A stretch of 63,333 nt of DNA, filler included, from Vannella sp. (GCA_023345925.1; 8 parts of 8 records of this genome joined end to end with filler, not necessarily neighbours in it), one strand, 5' to 3'; shown: positions 41,697 to 53,354, counted from the whole stretch's first letter. The notes: a model not told the origin generated them from the sequence alone. Numbers and translations are program-made.

Positions 41697-43507
41697 TCAT
41701 CCTCGCCTGCGCATTTCTTCTATCTCTTGTAACGAGAGCATTCTACCAGGAGGAGCACCAGGAGAAGGTGTTGGAGGGAAGAACATCTGCGTTCCAGAAG
41801 GAGGCATTGCCATTGGCGGGAAGCCAGTGGATGGCGTTTGGGGGACTCTGCCGGGGAAATTCATTGGCGGGCCCTGGCCAGGCGGATATCGCTGCATCTG
41901 TGACTGGGGACCGCTGTTCATATGCCTTTGCATCTGCTGCATATAGAGCTGATGCTGTTGCTGTTGATGCTGTTGCATGTTCATGTGGGCCGTTGGTGCC
42001 ATTCTCGTCCCCATCGCTCCAGGAGGGAGTGGCTGATAGTGGGGAGGCATTCCGGGGTGTGAAGGGTGATGCATTCCTTCCATAGGAATGGTATATGGAA
42101 CTCCCATGTCCCTCCTTGGCCCTGGGCCACCAGTCGGAGGCCCACCAAATAGTGCAGAGGTGTTCAATGGGCCAGAGAAGGGACCTGTGGGACCTGTAGG
42201 AGCTGCCATCTTGTTTGTGGGGTAGGGGAAGCCAGCAGGAGGCTGGGGAGCACCCCTACCATGAGGGGGAGGGTGGAAGACACTTGGATCGGACCAGCTC
42301 GTGTGCTCCTTCATGGTTTGGTCCAGCATTGCGAGAAGATTCGATCCAATCTGAGTGGCGTTGACAAGCTTGTCCTCAGAGGGAAGCGGAGCCGGCTGTC
42401 GGTCATTGGGAGGAAGGGCAGGGCTTGGTGGGGCAAAGGAGAGCCCTGGTGGCTCTGAGAGAGAGAAGTTAGCATACTGGCTTGACGGGAAGTTATTTGG
42501 GGGGCTTAATCCAAAGCCAGCCCCACGCGAGGGGGAAGAAGAGAGAGAAGTGGGCGGGAGAGAGAAAGAGCCAACGTCAGACATTCCAAAGGGATTGCTT
42601 CCCCCTTGAGGAGAGAGGAGTGACCTCTGAGTGTCTGACTGGCCAATGTGGGAGAGAAAGTCGGGTGTATCCAGCGAAAGGGGCAGAACGGAGGAAGGTT
42701 CCGGGTTCTAAGCGACAGAAGAGGTCAGTTTAAAGGCTCAAGGCTATTCACAAGGATGCATACCGTTTTGGTTTCATCAAGGAAGCTCCTAGAAGGTGCT
42801 GGGCCTCTACGGAACGATGAAGAGTCTGAATTGTAACTGGAAGTTGATTCCAACGGTCGGAGAAGGCTGGGATCAGGTGTAGAGGAGAAGAAGCTACTTT
42901 CTTCGGGTATTTGAAGAGTCTGGTTGGAAGTAGCGCCTTCAGAGGTCTTCTGGTACTTGGCCCGAGCTTTCAAGCGTTCTAATTCGAACATTTGAGCATC
43001 TGTAAGGCCGCTGGGCATCCCATTTGACCCTTTTCCACTCCTTCCCGAAGCAGGTGTGCTTGTGCGTTCTTTCTTTTCTCTGCCACGAGCGGAGGGAGCG
43101 TTTGTGGCTTGTTTGTGGATGTTCAGTCCGGGGGGAGGGGCGAAGAGTAGCTCCTCATCGTCGTCATCATCACCCTCCTCTGTGAACTGGACTTGACGAG
43201 ATCTTCCCCCTCTCACCGTTGGGGCGTTGGGCTGCTGTTCGCTTCCAGGAAGTGCTTTTGCTGCGCTGGTGGAAGTGCGACGGGGTTTCTTCTCCTTCCG
43301 AGTCGAAGTAGGGGCACTGCGGAGCTTCAGAAGGGTTTCTAATGACAAACATTCAGGCAGCTCTCGCAGATGTGGCAGGTCCTTGAATGAAAGCAAGAAT
43401 TCGATTGAATAGCGGCGGACCGGGTCCGTTCCTTCTTCCAGACCCGTTGAGGAAGGCCTCTGAGCTGTCGCATAAGGAGAATCATCGCTATTGTCTGCCA
43501 GTGACAT
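41697..43507 (-). CDS. Intrinsically disordered putative eIF4E-binding protein (4E-T/Eap1-like), 2 exons
   Basis: RRYSIEFLLSF (YxxxxL-phi), PPPGL, Pro/Gln/Met-rich tail, terminal LSLQEIE; an intron at about 42710-42763 joins the ORFs in frame. Confidence 0.7.
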
Positions 43508-43560
43508 GCCGTGCGGGAAGGACCAAGCGCGAGTGAAATGACCTAAAAACCGCCAACTTC

Positions 43561-45606
43561 TCAAATCCCTTCATTTATTGGAATTTCTTTCTTGCATAAA
43601 CAAATTGCCGCCTCTAAAAAGGGAGTTCCCGCAAATTGGTCAAAAAGGGCAATTTGCACTAACTTATGGGACGAGGCCAGCCGCATGTTGAGGTCTCGCA
43701 TGAGAGAGGTGGGGTTGCAGGAGATGTACAGGATGAAGTCGAAGTGTCTGACGAGTTCAAGAGTGGATGGGTCGAGCCCAGCCCGAGGAGGATCGACGAG
43801 AATGGCGTGGAAAGCATTCCCTTCGTGAGAACGTTTGCGAAGAACAGAGTGACAGAACTTCTCTGAGTGAGATTGGAGTATTTGGACTCTGTCAGCAAGT
43901 TGGTTTACCTCTGCGTTCCTTCGGGCGGCTTCGCAGAGCTTCTTATCGAGTTCCACTGCAGTGACTTGGTGGAATGTGTGAGCAAGCGCCATCGTGTGAT
44001 TACCACATCCACAGTAGAGCTCCAGCAAGTGAACCGAATCTATTTGCAGTCGTTCTTGTTGGACTTTGACGATGAAGCCAGCCATACGGACCAGCCATTC
44101 GAGGCATTGTTCGTTAATTCTCCCGTTTGGATTGGAAAAGGAGCCTTCATATTGCCTGTAACGAAGCCTTAGACCTTGGCGGAGTGACAGAATCTCTTCT
44201 ACATAGTCTTTGTTGTCTAAAGCGATTTGCTGGGACTTGCTTCGCGCCAAAAGGCCAATTTTTGGCCCTCCACTCCGGATAAGTGAATCTCGGAGGCTGG
44301 ATGCCTCTGAAAGCCAGGCAGTATCTTCTAGAGGTTTGCTGTAGATCAGAGTGACTAATTTATCACCTTGGAGAGTGTCCAAGAGATGAATGGCCTCCAA
44401 ACCCTGAACTAAAGCTGAATACTGAGCCAGCATCGCCCCCAACATGGTCATAAGGTGTTGAATAGGAACGGAAGCAATGGCGAAGCCACTTTCGAGAGTA
44501 ACTGGAGCACCTTCAGCGAAAACAAAGAATTCTACTTTTTCTGTGCCAGACACTTTGGCCCCGAAACGGCATCGCAAACGGTAATGAGCTGTTGGCGATG
44601 GGATGAGAGGTGCAGAAAGTATTCTCTGTTTGTGCTCGGGCAAGCATTCGCAAAGGCCAGAAAGGACTGCGTTGGCTTTCACTCTGAATTGACTCTGAAA
44701 GTCCTCTTGGAGGTCCTCAGGAGAGCCAATGATGACGTTGTTCTTTGGAGAGCAAGAGAGTGGTAATAGAGAGGCTATGGAGGTGTGCTGATAGCTCTTC
44801 TCAGTGGCCCACGCCTGGCGGTCGCTATCAATGATAGTCATGCACCGTTTCGCGATGGAGAAGGCTTCTGAGAGGTGGAAGTCCTCATCTGCAGCTGGTA
44901 CTTTGTAGTCTGCCCCAGCTATAATGGATCGGAAGAGGTCCTCGGCTACAGAGTGGTAAAGGAGGCTTGCAGTGTCCCTGGAGCGGTGGGGACTGATCGA
45001 ACTGAGCTGTCCGTAGCAGCAGGGCACTAACACGTACTTGGCACGCATGTGAACACAAAAGGAGAGTGTCATATCGGTTAGAAGACCGCACGAGTGCAAG
45101 GACACGCCGAGATCAAGAGGGCGCCCCGAGCGCTGGAAGTCGAGGATCGTATCGAATAGATCTACGTGGCAGGTGATCCCGAGGGCTTGCAGTTGTGCCA
45201 CGCGGTTCTCTATCATCTTGTGCTTCTCTGGGTTATGTTCTACGAGCACCACGCGACAGGAGGGTCGAAGAAACGCCAACAACAGTCCGATATGCCCCGC
45301 TCCCGCGCCAAAGTCGCAGATCGTGTCGCCATCTTGAACCAAAGGGAGAGTGTGTGAGAGTAGTGATTCAATCTGTTGTCGTTTGCGAAGGGCACGGCCC
45401 TCAGGAAGCAAACACGACTCTCGAAAGAACGGATCGAGCGGGGGCGGCAACGAGGACCAGTCCACTGGCGAGCTCTCGACACCCTGCTCACTCTCCACCT
45501 GCCAGGAAGGGAGTAAACCCTCCTCTGCCAACCCAGTCACACTCTGAAGCGCCTCTTGAAGTCGCCTCTCCCTCTCCTTCTTCTGTTTCAAGCGCCTGCG
45601 GTGCAT
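43561..45606 (-). CDS. Double methyltransferase: GSTCD-type MTase fused to TrmA-type tRNA m5U54 MTase, intronless
   Basis: N half: RALRKRQQIES, DFGAGAGHIG, LHSCG, PCCYG, CSPKNN. C half: HYRLRCRF, YRQYEGSFSNPN, LLELYCGCGN, VDPPRAGLD, YISCNP, FDQF. Confidence 0.9.
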   Translation of the reverse strand: MHRRRLKQKKERERRLQEALQSVTGLAEEGLLPSWQVESEQGVESSPVDWSSLPPPLDPFFRESCLLPEGRALRKRQQIESLLSHTLPLVQDGDTICDFGAGAGHIGLLLAFLRPSCRVVLVEHNPEKHKMIENRVAQLQALGITCHVDLFDTILDFQRSGRPLDLGVSLHSCGLLTDMTLSFCVHMRAKYVLVPCCYGQLSSISPHRSRDTASLLYHSVAEDLFRSIIAGADYKVPAADEDFHLSEAFSIAKRCMTIIDSDRQAWATEKSYQHTSIASLLPLSCSPKNNVIIGSPEDLQEDFQSQFRVKANAVLSGLCECLPEHKQRILSAPLIPSPTAHYRLRCRFGAKVSGTEKVEFFVFAEGAPVTLESGFAIASVPIQHLMTMLGAMLAQYSALVQGLEAIHLLDTLQGDKLVTLIYSKPLEDTAWLSEASSLRDSLIRSGGPKIGLLARSKSQQIALDNKDYVEEILSLRQGLRLRYRQYEGSFSNPNGRINEQCLEWLVRMAGFIVKVQQERLQIDSVHLLELYCGCGNHTMALAHTFHQVTAVELDKKLCEAARRNAEVNQLADRVQILQSHSEKFCHSVLRKRSHEGNAFHAILVDPPRAGLDPSTLELVRHFDFILYISCNPTSLMRDLNMRLASSHKLVQIALFDQFAGTPFLEAAICLCKKEIPINEGI

Positions 45607-45652
45607 CCAAGCAAAGAATGACCCCGTGAGGGTTCATTTGAGTGTCCTGGCG

Positions 45653-47404
45653 ATGCGCACGGCACAGTTCGTCGGCTGGGTGGCGCTGTTTGTCGTCTTT
45701 GGTGTCCATTTGGTGCTTCTGAGGCGCTCTCTTGAAGGAGGAAGTGAGAAAGAGAGTGCAGTAGAGCAGGTGGCTTGTGGGGTGCCTTCTGTTGCCTTAG
45801 GGGGCGAGGGAATGGCGTCCCGGTTGCGGTCTGCGAACTACCAGCCGGGGCAGCGTCAGCATGGGAGCGAGTGGGGTAAGAAGAGCGATGGGGAGTTGGC
45901 TTTCAGTCCTGTGCCTTATAAGAACGTGACGGAAGAGACCGAGGAGGAGAAGAAGGTGGCGCACTCTCCCAACTGCTTTAACCTTCCCCGCAGCAACTCG
46001 CTTCCCCTTAGCCGAGACACTGATCCTCATGGGCCACTGGAGTGTCTGGATGTGCTCTATAACTATGAACGGCTCTTGAACACGAGCGTGGTCTTCATCT
46101 TCTTCCAGGAGCCACTTTCCACTCTCCTTCGCAGCGTTCACTCGGTTCTGAACACTTCCCCGCCTTCCTTACTTCATCAGATCATCATCGTAGATGATGG
46201 AAGTCCCCCTTCTCCTGAACAGGGCGTATTGAGGGAGTATGTCGATCGATATCTCCCCTCCAAGGTCATTCTGCTTCGCTACGAAGAACGACAGGGTTTG
46301 ATGAAGGCGAGGACTGCAGGAGCTCGTCTAGCAACTGGCCAAACGATTACCTTCCTCGACTCACACATTGAATGCTCTCCTGGTTGGCTAGAACCTCTAA
46401 TGGCCCGCATTGCCGAGGATTCCAGGCACGTGGTTATGCCACACATCAATACGATAGACGCAGACACGTTTGAGTTTGAAGAGGATGCGCTGGCACTTCT
46501 AGGCTTCCACTGGGACGTCGGTCAGACCTCGATTAACCGACCTCTCGACTCCATTCGCCCTAATCCTTCCCCGGCAATGGCTGGAGGACTCTTCTCTATG
46601 GACAGAGAGCTTTTCTGGAAACTGGGTGCTTACGATAGTGAGCTAAAGGAGTGGGGAGGAGAGGAAATAGAGATATCCTTGAAGATCTGGTTATGCGGCA
46701 ACACTCTCGAAGCGGTACCTTGCTCCCGCGTGGGTCACATCTTCCGCTCTTCTACGTTCTATCAAGGCAGAGTGTATTCTGTCAACTATGATAATGTCAG
46801 ACGCAACAGACTTCGAGTGGCCAAGATCTGGTTCCAGGAGTACGCTGACATTGCGTTCCACTTTCTGGACCCGAAAAGGGAAGTGGATTTGGGCGATACA
46901 ACAGAGATGGAGACTCTTCGAGATACTTTAGAATGCAAAAGCTTTGGCTGGTTCCTACAAACCGTCTATCCAGAGATGTTCGACCCCCGAGACCCGTCCA
47001 ATGAGGTTGGCTCGGTCCGGAATCCGGAATCGAATTCCTGCTTAGATTTGGCGGGGGCTTTTGCCAATAATGACCCCATGGGCCTGAGGCTATGTGATGG
47101 AGGGGCAGACCAAGTGTTTGCTGTTACCGGAGAAGATGAATTGCTCCCTGTGAGTCTCCAGTTCAAGAAGTGCGCCGATCGAGGAGCCAATGCAGGGATG
47201 AACGTTTACGACTGCCATGGGGAACGTGGCAATCAAGTGTGGCGTTACGATTCTCTAACACAACAGTTCAAGGACGGTTCTGATCGGTCATGTCTGACTG
47301 TCGTCCCTGCTGATCCCCCAAACTACGAAACTTGCTGGGCTGCTTGTGATGCTGCCTCTGAGATGCAGCGTTGGGTACTTACCCCTGTTTCTTTGTCACT
47401 CTAA
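45653..47404 (+). CDS. Polypeptide N-acetylgalactosaminyltransferase (GT27) with ricin-B lectin domain, intronless
   Basis: N-terminal TM, STLLRSVHSVL, VDDGS, FLDSHIEC..GWLEPL, PAMAGGLF, WGGE, PCSRVGHIFR, ricin repeats (CHGERGNQVW). Confidence 0.93.
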   Translation: MRTAQFVGWVALFVVFGVHLVLLRRSLEGGSEKESAVEQVACGVPSVALGGEGMASRLRSANYQPGQRQHGSEWGKKSDGELAFSPVPYKNVTEETEEEKKVAHSPNCFNLPRSNSLPLSRDTDPHGPLECLDVLYNYERLLNTSVVFIFFQEPLSTLLRSVHSVLNTSPPSLLHQIIIVDDGSPPSPEQGVLREYVDRYLPSKVILLRYEERQGLMKARTAGARLATGQTITFLDSHIECSPGWLEPLMARIAEDSRHVVMPHINTIDADTFEFEEDALALLGFHWDVGQTSINRPLDSIRPNPSPAMAGGLFSMDRELFWKLGAYDSELKEWGGEEIEISLKIWLCGNTLEAVPCSRVGHIFRSSTFYQGRVYSVNYDNVRRNRLRVAKIWFQEYADIAFHFLDPKREVDLGDTTEMETLRDTLECKSFGWFLQTVYPEMFDPRDPSNEVGSVRNPESNSCLDLAGAFANNDPMGLRLCDGGADQVFAVTGEDELLPVSLQFKKCADRGANAGMNVYDCHGERGNQVWRYDSLTQQFKDGSDRSCLTVVPADPPNYETCWAACDAASEMQRWVLTPVSLSL

Positions 47405-47545
47405 TGTAATCATCTGTCTGTCCCCTGCCTTCCATCCTTTCCTGCGCTAGAACTGGTCGAATGGGGGAACGAAGGCATCGCCGTGTGTATCTGCATAACG
47501 TTCAATCTTGGTGTGTGTGTGGGAGTGGGTGAAGGAACAGTGTGC

Positions 47546-48147
47546 TTAGTAGTTGAAGTGACCGCGTCGCGAGCCCACGCGCTGAGGCATGAAGCGGTCT
47601 GTGTTGTACACGGTGGATCCAACTTCCCAGCCCTCCACATCGCTCATCACTTCAGCTTCGTAGGCATTCCAACGATCTACATCAAGGCGGTAGCTGTACC
47701 CTTCCGTGTTAGAAGAGAAGGAGAACCTCAAAAGCAGGCCTGCTTTGGAGAGGGAACCTTACAATCTGTCGGACTCGGCTTGGAGGTAAGGTATCAGCGC
47801 AATACGAGACGTGCGAACCTCTGTCTTCTTCTCTCTGCCAATGACCAGCCCAGTTAGCAGAAGGTCCACTTCGCCCATGGTCTGATGCAGAAGGGGGAGG
47901 GAGCTTGAACGAACCGGATGTTTGCAGAGCCCTTATAGATTTTGTAGTGTCCAAATGCAGAGATGCCGAGGAAGAGGCCCCAGACGATGAAGCCATTGTA
48001 GTTCCACGGTTTGTACCGAAGCGCGGGGATGGAAGGGTATCCACCCGGAGGAGCTCGCTCCTGACGATAAGGCAGATACATCCTCCCTTGCTCCGCATCT
48101 GGGTGGTTACGAGGATCGACCTGAGGACGTTGGAAGTTGGGTTCCAT
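47546..48147 (-). CDS. NDUFA13: Complex I subunit NDUFA13/GRIM-19, 3 exons
   Basis: QERAPPGGY, TM helix, RIALIPYLQAESDR, EVMSDVEGWEVGSTVYNT. Confidence 0.92.
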
Positions 48148-48217
48148 CGAACCGCAGCCAAAAAATGAGTTTGCCATGAACGAAATGATTTTTAATAATA
48201 ATGGCATTACAATAAAC

Positions 48218-50343
48218 TCAAGTGGAAGTGCGCGTGTATGCTGACACGATGAGGTCATTGCCGTCCGTTGATTGGTCAATTTGGAGTTGTTTCTTGTTGG
48301 CCAGGTCAAGTAAGCAGATGAAGCATAAAGGCACAGATATGTCTGCTAGTTGGTCAGAGGGGATTTTGGGCGCGAGATCTTGGAGGACAGCATCAAAGGA
48401 TACTGGCTCCGTCAAGTTAGTGTTTTTGCCGCTGGGGGCTTTGCCTTTGTCTTGGAGTTCACCCCAAAGGGAGAGCTTAAGCTTTTCCACATCCACGTTG
48501 ATTGACTTTTTGGCGTAGTTGATTTGTAAGACGGCAACTTGGCTTGGCTCGGCTACCAATCCCATTTGGGAGGGGTTATCTGCCACCCAGTCGGTTGAAA
48601 AATGGTCCGTGTCTGGATCAACCTCCTCATCATCATCACCAAATGAAAAGGGGTTTGCTGGGAGCAAGCCCTCTCGATTCCCCTTTGATCTGTCGTTTTT
48701 GGTTCTGTCGAAGCTCCGATACTGTTCGAGGTTACTATCAATGTGCATGGGAGATCAATTACTTACCCCCACTGAAATGTGAGGTTTCACAAAGAGATGA
48801 GTTAGCATATCCAATTCATAGTGCATGTCTTCAGGCAGGAGGGTATCCCCTGGCTTCTCCAATATCTGGAGGGACAGAGTCGTGTTTTCGCTCGTTTTGG
48901 GTTTCTTGAACGCTACACGAGGATCAACAGTCTCTTCTGAGAAGAAGTCGAAAAAGGAATCTTCTTTCTTTGCTTTCCGTTGAGTCTTGGAGCCTTCCAC
49001 GGCGGATTGGGTCGGTCTCGATTTACTTTTTTGAAATCTCCAGTGCTCCGGGCCTGCCCAATGTTGTGTGAGCCTCTTGTTAAAGTAGTCAAACTCTCCT
49101 TCTCCGCCTCCAACTATCTGAGAGAGTTCAAATGCTAGATTACGCTTAGTTGTCAAGCCGACACAAGACCTCCCTTTTGACGCAGAGGAGCTTACCAGGT
49201 AAAAAGGAGCCTTCTCCTGTAGCCTCACTGAGAATCCTACTGATGAGGTCGTCTTGTTCCTGGTTTTCATCTGGGTTCTGAAAATGATCGGCTAAATCAT
49301 TGAAAGTCTCGTAGGCAAATGAACTGTCACCTTCCTCTTCCACAAGAACTGAATCGCTTTCCTCATCAATCTCTTCAATCTCTCCCTGTTTGTGATCCCA
49401 CTTGAAGGAGAAGTTCATAAGCGCTTCGCAGATGGAATAGGATTCCCAGTCAGGGTCGATCAAGTCGGCGAAGGTCCCGAGTGCGTAGCTCTCTGACAGA
49501 GAGAAGTCGATCTTCGACAAATCGTATTCGCTGGAGTCAAAAACGATATTTCCTCCTTCACTGACGCCAAGTTGGCCCAAAAGAAGACCTTTGGCACCAC
49601 CCTGCGTAATTCAGCATCTGATGATTGAAAGAAATCGTCTTGAAATGTCATACATACCTCATCAAATGCTGCAGAAGTCTTGTGGAAAAGAGGATCTACC
49701 CGAATAGCTGTCTCCACTCTTTTTAAATTCAAAGCATTCACGTTTCTCTCAAGAGTAGAGCTCAAAGTGGCCTTCAAAGGAGTCAGAAGAATCAATCCAA
49801 CATTGTCTCACATACTCTCTTTCTGAGCTTCTGCTTGCTGGCAGAGTCATCACTTGCAGCCTTCACCTCTTGATCGAGGAGAGACTCTGTAATCTGCTTG
49901 TCAGAGCGAGATAGCCCTCCAAGAACTTTGAATGCCTCGTTGTGGACGTTGTCAACACGGCATGCATAGATCTTTACAGAGGCGTCAAGTGTGTTACTCG
50001 CCAGCTGGAAGTTGGTAGTGGGATCACTACGACCTCCAGCTTGAGAAGAAGGGCTCTCTCGTTGTCTCTCTCCCACATCAAGCACAGTATCGATGTAGTC
50101 CAAGAGCTGCAGGCTCCACGCGTTCTTTTGATTGATTTTCTGTAGCGAGATCCATTCAGCACACTCCTATTGAAGAGTTGTACGCACGTTCATGGTTCCC
50201 ATCTTCACACAATCCTTGTAGATGTCCGAGATCATGTCCTTCGAAGAGGAGGATGCCCGTTTCAATCCCCGTCGCCTCTTGATCGGCGGGGCTTCACTCT
50301 CCTGATCAGGGATAGATCTTGGCAGCGGAAGAGCCCTCTTCAT
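48218..50343 (-). CDS. NCAPH: Condensin I kleisin subunit (Barren/CAP-H), multi-exon
   Basis: KINQKNAW, NFQLASNTLDASVKIYACRVD, DPLFHKTSAAFDE, WAGPEHWRF, SVPLCFICLLDLAN. Confidence 0.95.
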
Positions 50344-50522
50344 TGGTGCGTAACCGCAAATGATGACCGCACAACCGAGAAATCAAAGGAAAACATCAGT
50401 TCCAAGATTTTTTTGTTTTCTAAGAAATTTTCGTTTTTCAGTTTCGGTTTGTTGGTGAAAGTGTTTGGTCCCTGACCGAAGGTCATATGCCCTTCTGGGA
50501 GCAAATCCATACATACTTATTG

Positions 50523-51145
50523 TTATGACGTGAGGCTCTCTGGAGCGGAGACCCGAACATGCTCTCCGGGTGGCAACTCCACCATTTGTGTGGGATCGCT
50601 CAGAAACATGATTGCTGCAAAGTTGCGACCTTCTTGATTGAGAACGTTGAAGGTGCCCACCGCTGCACTCTGAAGACAGTCAGAAGGAAAGTAAGTGGAT
50701 GTGTTGACTTACGGTGGATTGGACCTCTATCATGTCAACGCCAATCTGTTCCAAGTAGTCGTCAACCTCCTTGGAAAAGGGGTGGATGATCTCTCCGCAT
50801 CCTACCAGGAGCAAGTCTTGAAGGTGATCAGGTACTGGGAATGAAGAAGGGTGGATCCCTACCAATGGGCTTGATCAGCTCCAGTATGGAGAGGTGCTCA
50901 GGTTTAAGATCACGGATGGAGGGAACGTTCCAGAGGTACGAGTTGTGAGGAAGGACAAAGAGGGAGTAATAAACATCGCAACCTTGGATTTGAAAGCCCT
51001 CTGCATTGTACCCTGAGAAGTGCAGATCAGCCTGCTGGCTCTCAAACAGATCAAATGTCTTGACAGTGGTTTTCTGGACGTTCCTTGCCGCAACCAGCCC
51101 AAGGGCACCGGTTCTCTTTCCCAAGTTACGAGCCACCCTCAACAT
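50523..51145 (-). CDS. NDUFAF3: Complex I assembly factor NDUFAF3 (Mth938 domain), 3 exons
   Basis: Presequence, GY...GF, LWNV, DLLLVGCG, AVGTFNVLNQEGR. Confidence 0.88.
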
Positions 51146-51247
51146 GTCCCAAAAGAATACATCAATTGATAGAATACCATTTCCACAAACAACTGGAGGT
51201 CGAGAACAAAGGACCACTTTAAACAACATTTCATCAGAAGGAAAAAG

Positions 51248-51347
51248 NNNNNNNNNNNNNNNNNNNNNNNNNNNNNNNNNNNNNNNNNNNNTTAATTAAT
51301 TAANNNNNNNNNNNNNNNNNNNNNNNNNNNNNNNNNNNNNNNNNNNN
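51248..51347. other. Artificial contig linker
   Basis: N44-TTAATTAATTAA-N44. Confidence 0.98.
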
Positions 51348-51681
51348 TGTGGAGTTGAATTTCTTCCTGAGAGAGCTACGAAGTGCCTGAGAGACACCTC
51401 TCGATGCAGATACATCTTGCACCTGGCAGGACCAAAGAATGGAGCTGATCGGCGCATCAGAGCGTGTCTGCAAGGGGAAGAAGAAAGAAGAAAGACCCCT
51501 TACCTGCCACTTCCTGGAATAAACACAACTCTGCTATGTAACTACAAAGCTAAGAAATTAAGAGCTTAAAATCAACCATCAATTGGGGATCAAAAGACTG
51601 TTGAGTTCGTCTCCATTTTGGCGGGAAACGTGAGCTGGTGCAACGACCAGGGCTTCCTCAACATTTTAATACCGTTCGTGA

Positions 51682-52271
51682 ATGGAAACCCTTCGAGTTA
51701 ATGCTGGTGGTCCTTTGAGTGCAAAGACAAGCAAGGTGGACGTCTTCCGCGTTCTTTACGATAAGGAGAAGGACCCCAACGCTAATGTTCCTTCTCTTTT
51801 GCACAAGCGACAGAACTTTAGCTCCACCAAGGCTCCCTTGAAGAAACAAAGAAGGACTGAGACTGCCTCAGAGAGTAAGCAGAGGCGAACGGCTCAACAT
51901 GCTGCCCAATTGGAGAGCATCCACAAGTTCTACACTTCACAGATCACTTCTCTCCAATCAAACTGGGCAAATGAGAGGCAGCGCTTTGAGGAGACGATTG
52001 AATCTCTCCAGCAAGAGCTGTTCGAGGTACGTACTGACCACCAGCCTTCGATACCGATACCATACTCACGAAACCACAGGAGCGACAGGAGAACAAACAA
52101 ATGGTTGAAGAGTTGCAAGAAGTAATCCTTGAGAAGAGCTGCGAAGCAGAGAACGCCGTCATGCTCTACCAAACAACCCTTCGACAAGCAGAGGAAGATT
52201 CGCTCGCTGAGGCCAAGAAACAATCTATCTTAGCTCGCCTTCGTTTAGAGATGGCGTCCACGAAGATGTAA
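51682..52271 (+). CDS. Hypothetical coiled-coil protein, 2 exons
   Basis: Intron 52027-52079 joins ...QELFE to ERQENKQMVEELQ... in frame. Confidence 0.65.
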
Positions 52272-52401
52272 TCCAGCCAGCAATCCTCCCAAAGGCCTTC
52301 AATGAAGAATTACTCCATGCAGTTCTCCCCGCAATAGAAATGAATTAAATTAGTGGTTACACAAACAAGATGATCCCTCTTTATTTGCCGCTTGCTATCC
52401 A

Positions 52402-53354
52402 ATGATGCAGTCGGAGCTCTTCTCTCGTGGCTCTCATCGTGGGGTTACGTGTGATGCGTGTGGTGCACAGGACTGGAGAGGGATACGATTCAAGTATGAG
52501 TAAGGGTATCGCGATGCAGAAGTCTCACAGGGGGACAGATGCACTGTTTGCGATGACTACGACCTTTGTGAAGAGTGCGGCTTACTATCCAGGGAAACTA
52601 AAGGACACGAGCAGACACATCCGATGGAACAGGTCCCTCCTCGTGGTGTCCCTGAATTCTCACGTGCGTCTTGAACAATTCATCTCTCTTCTGTCTCTCA
52701 CGTTCCCTCAGAACTCCTTTCTGGCATGGGCAGTGCAACAGGGAGGATTTTTGTGTGCCCATATTGCTCCGAAGACGGACTTGACGCAAACAGTCTCGTC
52801 AAACACGTGAACAACCACCACCAGGGAGACCCAAAACCAGTGGTGAGTGGGAACCTTGGTTTATCGATGCCATTGACCCTTGCGGCTAGGTGTGTCCTAT
52901 TTGTGCCTCAAAGCCAGGAGGGGATCCCTCCTATATTAGTAGTGACTTCCACGGACATCTAGAAACTCGTCACTCCGCCCAAGTGAGCACTTCGTTCTTG
53001 CTGCGATCCCTGCTCACCCCATTTTAAGAGGTGGAAAGGCGATAACTCAATCCAAAACATAATGGCCCAACTTCAAATGCACCACGAGAGCCTCCGAGGA
53101 GAATCTTCTCGCTCTCGACCGGTCGAAGTTCCTCCAACACGCAAGACCACAGAACCCCCAAAGATTACAACACTGACTGGGTAGGTCATTATGATCTCCC
53201 CAATCTTATCTGATCGTCTGGATCTGATCGTCTGTTCAGGAGTGTCCTCCTTGAGCCCAAACCAGTCACAGAGGAGGAGAAGTTGGCCCAAGAGAAGGAG
53301 AAGCAGCTGCGGACAATGTTCGTGCAGGACATTCTATTCTCAACACTGATGTAG
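52402..53354 (+). CDS. KCMF1: KCMF1-like E3 ligase (ZZ finger + Di19-type C2H2 fingers), multi-exon
   Basis: HRGVTCDAC...RFK/CTVCDDYDLCEEC, FVCPYC, VCPICASKPGGDP, terminal FVQDILFSTL. Confidence 0.9.
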
